Source of the DNA: Parvibaculaceae bacterium
GTDB taxonomy: Bacteria > Pseudomonadota > Alphaproteobacteria > Rhizobiales > Aestuariivirgaceae
DNA: 64,000 nucleotides
Direction of reading: 5' to 3'
Assembly (NCBI GenBank): GCA_050251035.1
Contig: JBFWNN010000030.1
Coordinates: 1,451-65,450, forward strand
Shown here: in pieces, positions 58,313-64,000 of the stretch
How positions within the stretch are numbered: position 1 is the first letter of the stretch
Layout of the letters: the number at the start of each line of letters is the position of its first letter
The notes under the pieces: model-generated
What the model saw: only the letters and a program-made list of their open reading frames with translations
The model's database searches: none
Told to the model about the DNA's origin: nothing
Position numbers and translations under genes: made by a program

Positions 58313-59005
58313 ATGAAAAATCCCGCCGTCGGCTCAGACAAAACGGGGAGGAAGGATTTGGCCGCGCCGGCATTCGAGGCCGCAGCTCATGTCCCGCCAG
58401 GCGAGCGGCTGCGCGACCCTGCCCTCCTCGTCATCGACATGCAGAATGACTTCGTCCGCAAGGGTGCACCGCTCGAAGTGCCGGATGCCCGCGCCACCAT
58501 CGCGCCGATCCGCCGCCTGATCGACGCGTTCCGCGCGCAGGGCCGGCCGGTGATCTTCACCCGCTTCCTCGCCAAGGAAGAGCCGAACCTCTTATGGCAC
58601 TGGTCGCCGCAATGCTGGCCCGACATCAGGAGCTGCTGGAAAGGCCACGCGCGCACCTATCCCGACATTGAAGGACCGCGCGACTGCGTCGACGTAATCG
58701 ACGAGCTTGTGCCCCAGGCGGACGAGATCGTCATCGACAAATACGGCTATGGCGCCTTTCACGACACCGATCTCCACCGGCGCCTGCGCGCCCGCGGCGT
58801 CGCATCGCTGCTGGTGACCGGGACCGTCACCCAAATCTGCGTCGAGGAGACGGCCCGCGAGGCCTTCCACCATGGCTATCGCACCACGATCGTCGCCGAC
58901 GCCGTCTCATCCTATGCGCCCGACCTCCATGCCGCCACGCTCAAGAACTTCGCCATGAAATTCGGCTGGGTCGCCGACACCGAGACGGCGCTGTCATGGC
59001 TTTAG
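58313..59005 (+). CDS. Isochorismatase-family cysteine hydrolase (amidohydrolase)
   Basis: VIDMQNDF, DKYGYGAF, TVTQICVEETAR Asp-Lys-Cys triad; start uncertain. Confidence 0.88.
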   Translation: MKNPAVGSDKTGRKDLAAPAFEAAAHVPPGERLRDPALLVIDMQNDFVRKGAPLEVPDARATIAPIRRLIDAFRAQGRPVIFTRFLAKEEPNLLWHWSPQCWPDIRSCWKGHARTYPDIEGPRDCVDVIDELVPQADEIVIDKYGYGAFHDTDLHRRLRARGVASLLVTGTVTQICVEETAREAFHHGYRTTIVADAVSSYAPDLHAATLKNFAMKFGWVADTETALSWL

Positions 59006-59943
59006 CTCTCAGGCAGGCAAGGCTGGATCTGGAAACGGCCGGCATCTGGCTGTTGCTGCTGGCGGCAAGCCTTGCCGCCGCCATGGCCATACCGGCCTTC
59101 CGCGACCCGGCCAATCTCGCCAATATCCTGCGCCAGTCGAGCGTGCTCGGCATCATCGCCATCGGCCAGACTTTCGTCATCGCCGCCGGCTTGATCGACC
59201 TGAGCGTCGGCATGATCGCAGGGCTGGTGGTCGTGCTGGCCTGTCTCATCCTGGGCGGCGACCCGTCGCTGACGCTTATCGTCGTGCCCCTGATGCTCCT
59301 TCTCGGCGCCGCCATCGGTCTCATCAACGGCGTGCTCGTCAACCGTCTCAAGCTGCATCCGCTGATCCTGACCTTCGGCATGCTGTCCATCCTGCAGGGC
59401 GTCATCTTCACCATCACCGACCGCAGCGTCGGCCAGGCCTCGCCTTTCCTGCAGTCGCTGGCCAATGGCGACGTGGCCGGCATCCCGCTCTCGGCCCTCC
59501 TGCTCGTCGTCCTCGCGGGCCTCGCCCAACTCGTCTTCGCGCATACGCGCTTCGGCTATCACTTGGTCGCGGCCGGCGGCAATGCCGAGAGCGCCAGGCG
59601 CGCCGGCGTCGATATCGGCGCCGTGCGCCTGGCCGCTTTTGTGATCTCGGGCGCTTTCGCCGGCCTCGCCGGCCTTCTTCTCGCCGGCCGCCTGGGCACG
59701 GGATATCCGCTCGCCGGCACCGGCCTCGAGCTCGATTCCATCGTCGCCGTCGTTCTCGGCGGCACCGCGCTCGCCGGCGGGCGCGGCAGCGTCCTGCGCT
59801 CGATCGGCGGCGTGCTGGCCCTCGCCATCATCTCCAACATTCTCAATCTGCTCGAGGTCTCGGCCTTCGTGCAGATGTTCATCAAGGGGATGATCGTCGT
59901 CATCGCCATCCTCCTCAATCAGCCGAGAGAGGCCCGGGCATGA
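58996..59943 (+). CDS. Sugar ABC transporter permease (RbsC-like)
   Basis: IDLSVG, GGNAESARRAG, ELDSIVAVVLGGT. Confidence 0.92.
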   Translation: MALALRQARLDLETAGIWLLLLAASLAAAMAIPAFRDPANLANILRQSSVLGIIAIGQTFVIAAGLIDLSVGMIAGLVVVLACLILGGDPSLTLIVVPLMLLLGAAIGLINGVLVNRLKLHPLILTFGMLSILQGVIFTITDRSVGQASPFLQSLANGDVAGIPLSALLLVVLAGLAQLVFAHTRFGYHLVAAGGNAESARRAGVDIGAVRLAAFVISGAFAGLAGLLLAGRLGTGYPLAGTGLELDSIVAVVLGGTALAGGRGSVLRSIGGVLALAIISNILNLLEVSAFVQMFIKGMIVVIAILLNQPREARA

Positions 59944-60908
59944 CGGCTCTTTCGGCAATCCGCAACGACGCCGCCCTCGCCTTCGCCGCGCGCTATGCGA
60001 TCTTTGTCGTGCTGCTCCTGGTCTATGGTGCCGCCGTCCTGGTCTCGGAAGCCTTCCTGCAGCCCTCCTACCTCTTCAACGTCCTGCGCCAGGTGGCGCC
60101 CATTGGCATCGCCGCGATCGGTGTCACCTTCGTCATGGTCCTGGGCGGCGTCGATCTCTCGGTCGGCGCCGTGATCTCGCTCACCTCCGTCCTCTGCGCG
60201 GTGCAGATGAACGGCGATGCCGGCAATCTGGCCTGGGCGCTCGTCGTCGCCTGCCTCGCCGGAACGCTGATCGGCACGCTCAACGGCGTAGCCGCCGCCT
60301 ATACCCGCGTCTCGCCCTTCATCCTGACGCTCGGCACCGGCATCGCCGTCCTCGGCCTCACCCAGATCTATTCGGGCGGCACGGCCCGCGGCATCGTGGC
60401 GCCCGGCTTCCGCGAATTCTTCAACCATCGCATCCTCGGCATGCTGCCGGTCCTGGCTCTGGTGTTTCTGGGCCTCGCCGCGCTCGGACTCGTCGTGCAG
60501 AAGACCACGCTCTTCGGCCGCCGGCTCTATCTCATCGGCAGCAACCGCGACGCCGCGCGCCTCGCTGGTCTCCCGGTCGCGCGCACCATCGTGCTCGCTT
60601 ACGCTCTTTCGGGACTCTTCGGCGCGCTCGCGGGCATAGCGCTGCTCGCGCGCTCGGGCGTCTCCAGCACGCTGTCGGGACAGGGCCTCGAATTTCAGGT
60701 GCTGGCGGCCATTGTGCTCGGCGGCACCACCTTCGAAGGCGGCCGCGGCGGCATCGCCGGCACCGTTGCGGGCGTCCTGGTGCTGGTGATCGCTTTCAAT
60801 CTCGTGAACATCAGCGGCCTGCCCTACCACATGCAGCTCGTGGTGATGGGCGTCATCATCATCCTCGCCTCGGCCATCCATGGCGGGCTCAATTCCAGAA
60901 CCAGCTAG
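59940..60908 (+). CDS. Sugar ABC transporter permease (RbsC-like)
   Basis: GGVDLSVG, GSNRDAARLAG, AAIVLGGT. Confidence 0.92.
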   Translation: MTALSAIRNDAALAFAARYAIFVVLLLVYGAAVLVSEAFLQPSYLFNVLRQVAPIGIAAIGVTFVMVLGGVDLSVGAVISLTSVLCAVQMNGDAGNLAWALVVACLAGTLIGTLNGVAAAYTRVSPFILTLGTGIAVLGLTQIYSGGTARGIVAPGFREFFNHRILGMLPVLALVFLGLAALGLVVQKTTLFGRRLYLIGSNRDAARLAGLPVARTIVLAYALSGLFGALAGIALLARSGVSSTLSGQGLEFQVLAAIVLGGTTFEGGRGGIAGTVAGVLVLVIAFNLVNISGLPYHMQLVVMGVIIILASAIHGGLNSRTS

Positions 60909-60936
60909 GAAAGACGCTAACAAGGGAGAGACGAAC

Positions 60937-61998
60937 ATGAAGATTGCACGACGACCATTCCTGGGCCTGACCGCATTGGCGGCGCTCGGCCTCGTGACCG
61001 CGCCGGTTTTCGCCGATCAGGCCACCGACAAGGCGCAGACGGAGAAGGCGGCGGAGGCCGTCGACACCGGCAAGTTCAAGAAGGACGGCCCATACAAGAT
61101 CGGCGTCTCGGCCGGCTATCTGTCCAACTCCTGGGTGGTCTTCGCGCTCCAGCATGTGCGCTGGGAAGCCTCCAGGCATTCCGAGATCACCGACGTCATC
61201 GTCACCGACGCCGCCTTCAATCCCGCCAAGCAGGTCGCCGATATCGAGGACCTGCTGCGCCAGAACATCAGCCTCCTGATCTATTGGCCGGTCGACGACA
61301 ATGCGATCTCCGACGTGCTCAAGCGCGCGGTCGCGGCCGGCATTCCGACGGTGCAGGCGGGTGGCGGCTTCACCGACAATCCCGGCACCGTGTCCAACGC
61401 CTATATCAGCCAGTGGCAGCTCGGCGAGAAGGTGGCGCGTCAGCTGATGGCCGATCTCGGCGGCAAAGGCAAGATCGTCGCCATGCTGCCGATCGCCGGC
61501 ACGACGGCGGCGGTCGACCAGCTCGACGCGCTGCAGACGGTGCTCAAGGAATTCCCCGAGGTCGAACTGGTCAGCACCGAATATGGCGACTGGAACCGCG
61601 CCAAGGCCAAGCAGATCACCGAGAATCTGCTGCAGCGTTTCCCCAAGATCGACGGCGTCTTCTCGCCCGCGGGCCAGATGTCGATCGGCGTTGCCGAAGC
61701 CTTCGACGAGGCGGGGCGCCTCGGCGAGGTGATCATGTCGCCGGGCGATGAATATAATGGCTGGCTGAAATGGGTCGCCAAGCACAAACAGGGCGGCGCC
61801 GTCACCTTCCCGACGCGCGCCGGCCAGGAGGCGGTGAAGGTCGGCATCGACATCCTGAAAGGCAACAGTGTCACCCGCGGCACCGCCGTGCCTTCCGTCT
61901 ACATAGCGCCGGCCGACATCGGGAAATATGTGGACGAGAAGGCGCCGGACGACTGGTGGGCGACCGAGCTGCCGGCGGAATTCCTGCCCAAGCAGTGA
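60937..61998 (+). CDS. Sugar ABC transporter substrate-binding protein
   Basis: Twin-arginine-like signal ARRPFLG; KQVADIEDL, GDWNRAKAK. Confidence 0.9.
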   Translation: MKIARRPFLGLTALAALGLVTAPVFADQATDKAQTEKAAEAVDTGKFKKDGPYKIGVSAGYLSNSWVVFALQHVRWEASRHSEITDVIVTDAAFNPAKQVADIEDLLRQNISLLIYWPVDDNAISDVLKRAVAAGIPTVQAGGGFTDNPGTVSNAYISQWQLGEKVARQLMADLGGKGKIVAMLPIAGTTAAVDQLDALQTVLKEFPEVELVSTEYGDWNRAKAKQITENLLQRFPKIDGVFSPAGQMSIGVAEAFDEAGRLGEVIMSPGDEYNGWLKWVAKHKQGGAVTFPTRAGQEAVKVGIDILKGNSVTRGTAVPSVYIAPADIGKYVDEKAPDDWWATELPAEFLPKQ

Positions 61999-63503
61999 TG
62001 GACGGAACCGGCGCGCCATTGCTGACGGTCAAGGGCGTCACCAAGCGCTTTCCCGGCGTCGTGGCTCTGTCCGGCATCGACCTCACCGCCGCGAGCGGCG
62101 AGGTTCACGCCCTTGTCGGCGCCAATGGCGCCGGCAAGTCCACGCTCATGTCGCTCATCTCCGGCGCGCAGGTGCCGAGCGAGGGCGAGATCGCGATCGA
62201 CGGCAAGGTCGTGCGCCTGGCCGATCCCGCCGCGGCGCAGGCGCTCGGCATCGCCACCGTCTATCAGGAGTTCAGCCTCGTCCCGCAGCTTTCGGTCGCG
62301 CGCAACATCTTCCTCGGACGCGAGCCCAAGAGCGCCTTCGGTCTCATCGACCGGCGCCGCCTGGTGGCGGATACGCGCGCCCTTCTCGACCGTCTCAGCC
62401 TCGAGCTCGACGCCCAGGCCGAAGTCGGGTCGCTCAGCGTCGCCGAGCAGCAGCTGGTGGAGATCGCACGCGCTTTGTCTCTGTCGCCGCGCATCCTCAT
62501 CCTGGACGAACCGACCGCGGTGCTTTCGCTCGCCGAGCAGGACAATCTCTTCGCCATCATCCGCAGTCTCAAGGCGCAGGGCATCCTGGTGCTCTATGTG
62601 TCGCATCATCTGCGCGAAGTGCTGGCCATCGCCGACCGGGTCAGCGTGCTGAGAGACGGCCGCAAGATCGCGACCCGCGAAGTGCAAGGCCTGGCGCTGC
62701 CCGAGCTCGTCGAATTGATGATCGGCCGCAGCGGCGCCTATAGTCGCATCGACGGCCATGCGGACAAGGCGGCGCATCACCCCTCCTTCCAGATCACCTA
62801 TCGTGCCGATGGCGTGGAAAGCGGGCTCACTTTGCGGGCGGGCGAGATCCTGGGCCTTGCCGGGTTGGTCGGTGCCGGGCGCACCACTTTCGCGCGCGCC
62901 CTCGGCGGCACGCGCCGCGCCACGGCTTCGGTCACGGTCGAGCATGCAGGCCGCACGCTCGCCATCGCCTCGCCGGCCGAGGCCATAGGCCACGGCATCG
63001 TCTATCTGACCGAGGACCGCAAGCGCGACGGCATCTTTTCCGGCCTCGACATCATCGCCAATGCGACGGCGGCGGCCCTGCCCGCTTTGCGGCGGGGTCC
63101 GTTCCGCGCCGCCCGCCGGGAACGCCAGCTGGCGAGCGACATGCTCCAGCGCTTGCAACTCGTCGCCGCCAGCCTCGACAAACCCATCGTCAAGCTGAGC
63201 GGCGGCAACCAGCAGAAGGTGCTGATCGCCCGCGCTCTGCTCACCGCGCCGAAGCTCCTGGTCTGCGACGAGCCGACGCGCGGCGTCGATGTCGGCGCCA
63301 AGGCCGAAATCCACCAGATGCTGCGCCGTCTCGCCTCGACCGGCGTCGCCGTCCTCGTCATCTCGTCCGAGATCGAGGAGCTCCTCGCCGTCGCCGACCG
63401 GATCGTGGTCATGCATCAGCGCCGTTTCGTCGTCGACATGCCGGCGCAGAGCGCCGATGAGGCCAGGATCCTCCTGGCCGCATCGGGCGGGAGTGTCGGC
63501 TGA
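61998..63503 (+). CDS. Sugar ABC transporter ATP-binding protein (two NBDs)
   Basis: GANGAGKST, LDEPT, EDRK, LSGGNQQK, DEPTRGVDVGAK. Confidence 0.95.
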   Translation: MDGTGAPLLTVKGVTKRFPGVVALSGIDLTAASGEVHALVGANGAGKSTLMSLISGAQVPSEGEIAIDGKVVRLADPAAAQALGIATVYQEFSLVPQLSVARNIFLGREPKSAFGLIDRRRLVADTRALLDRLSLELDAQAEVGSLSVAEQQLVEIARALSLSPRILILDEPTAVLSLAEQDNLFAIIRSLKAQGILVLYVSHHLREVLAIADRVSVLRDGRKIATREVQGLALPELVELMIGRSGAYSRIDGHADKAAHHPSFQITYRADGVESGLTLRAGEILGLAGLVGAGRTTFARALGGTRRATASVTVEHAGRTLAIASPAEAIGHGIVYLTEDRKRDGIFSGLDIIANATAAALPALRRGPFRAARRERQLASDMLQRLQLVAASLDKPIVKLSGGNQQKVLIARALLTAPKLLVCDEPTRGVDVGAKAEIHQMLRRLASTGVAVLVISSEIEELLAVADRIVVMHQRRFVVDMPAQSADEARILLAASGGSVG

Positions 63504-63505
63504 TC

Positions 63506-63991
63506 TTACCCTTTGCTTCTGAGCTCGGCCACGACATCGGCAAGCTGATCGAAGCCGGAATTGATGCCTTCCTCCATGCCGACGCCGACATATTCGTCGC
63601 GCATCGCCTTGGATTCGAAAAGTGTGTGCATCACGAGCTTGGTCTTGCCGTCTTTTTCCTCGAAGGTGACGGTCATGATCATCTTGCGCGGATTGGGCTC
63701 TTCGAAACTGTTGTCGAAGACGATCTTCTTGTCGGGCACGATCTCCAGATATTCGCCGCCGAAGGGCGTGTTCTGCGTGCCGCTGGGTCCGGTCATGGCG
63801 AAGCGGTAGCGCCCGCCGACGCGGAAATCGACTTCGCACATGGTGAGCGGATAGCCCCTGGGTCCGAACCAGCGCTTGAGATGCTCGGGCCTGCTGTAGG
63901 CTTCGAACAGGAAGCGCGCCGGCACATCGAAGTCGCGGGTGACGACGAGCTCGCGGTCGGCGGTGGCTTCCTTCACATTCATGACGTTCAT
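63506..63991 (-). CDS. SRPBCC/AHSA1 domain protein
   Basis: ELVVTRDF, KRWFGP, DFRVGGRYRF, GEYLEIVP. Confidence 0.88.
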   Translation of the reverse strand: MNVMNVKEATADRELVVTRDFDVPARFLFEAYSRPEHLKRWFGPRGYPLTMCEVDFRVGGRYRFAMTGPSGTQNTPFGGEYLEIVPDKKIVFDNSFEEPNPRKMIMTVTFEEKDGKTKLVMHTLFESKAMRDEYVGVGMEEGINSGFDQLADVVAELRSKG

Positions 63992-64000
63992 GACGCTCTC

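Noticed and set aside
61899-63839. 646-aa minus-strand ORF over the ABC ATPase
   Set aside because: Antisense shadow commonly seen opposite ABC ATPase genes in GC-rich genomes.
1-64000. CRISPR arrays, rRNA, IS elements, retron/RT or other recognisable defence operons
   Set aside because: No regularly spaced repeats or corresponding protein motifs were seen by eye; short or degenerate elements could have been missed.

Overview
High-GC chromosomal segment of an alphaproteobacterium; the gene order is Rhizobiales/Hyphomicrobiales-like (cob cluster, thrS-yidD-iscU-folE-hisI, rhomboid-PAS-PilZ-BTLCP, cysE, gpt). It holds about 73 CDS, one tRNA-Leu(UAA), and a VapBC/FitAB toxin-antitoxin pair whose antitoxin is frameshifted. 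I found no CRISPR array, rRNA, integrase or transposase. The strongest signals outside the gene list are: (1) a tRNA-Thr anticodon-like hairpin (loop CGCGUAU) abutting the thrS ribosome-binding site; (2) several CtrA boxes, one next to a DnaA box and four GANTC sites and one in front of a gene-free terminated unit that may be an sRNA; (3) a second sRNA candidate with C-rich loops; (4) a Pho-boxed plcP-agt-like lipid-remodelling pair; (5) a foreign-looking alpha-lytic/streptogrisin-type protease; and (6) an uncharacterised TetR-controlled catabolic cluster with two matching operators. All calls come from motif recognition by eye, with no database searches, and several start codons were moved relative to the ORF track.
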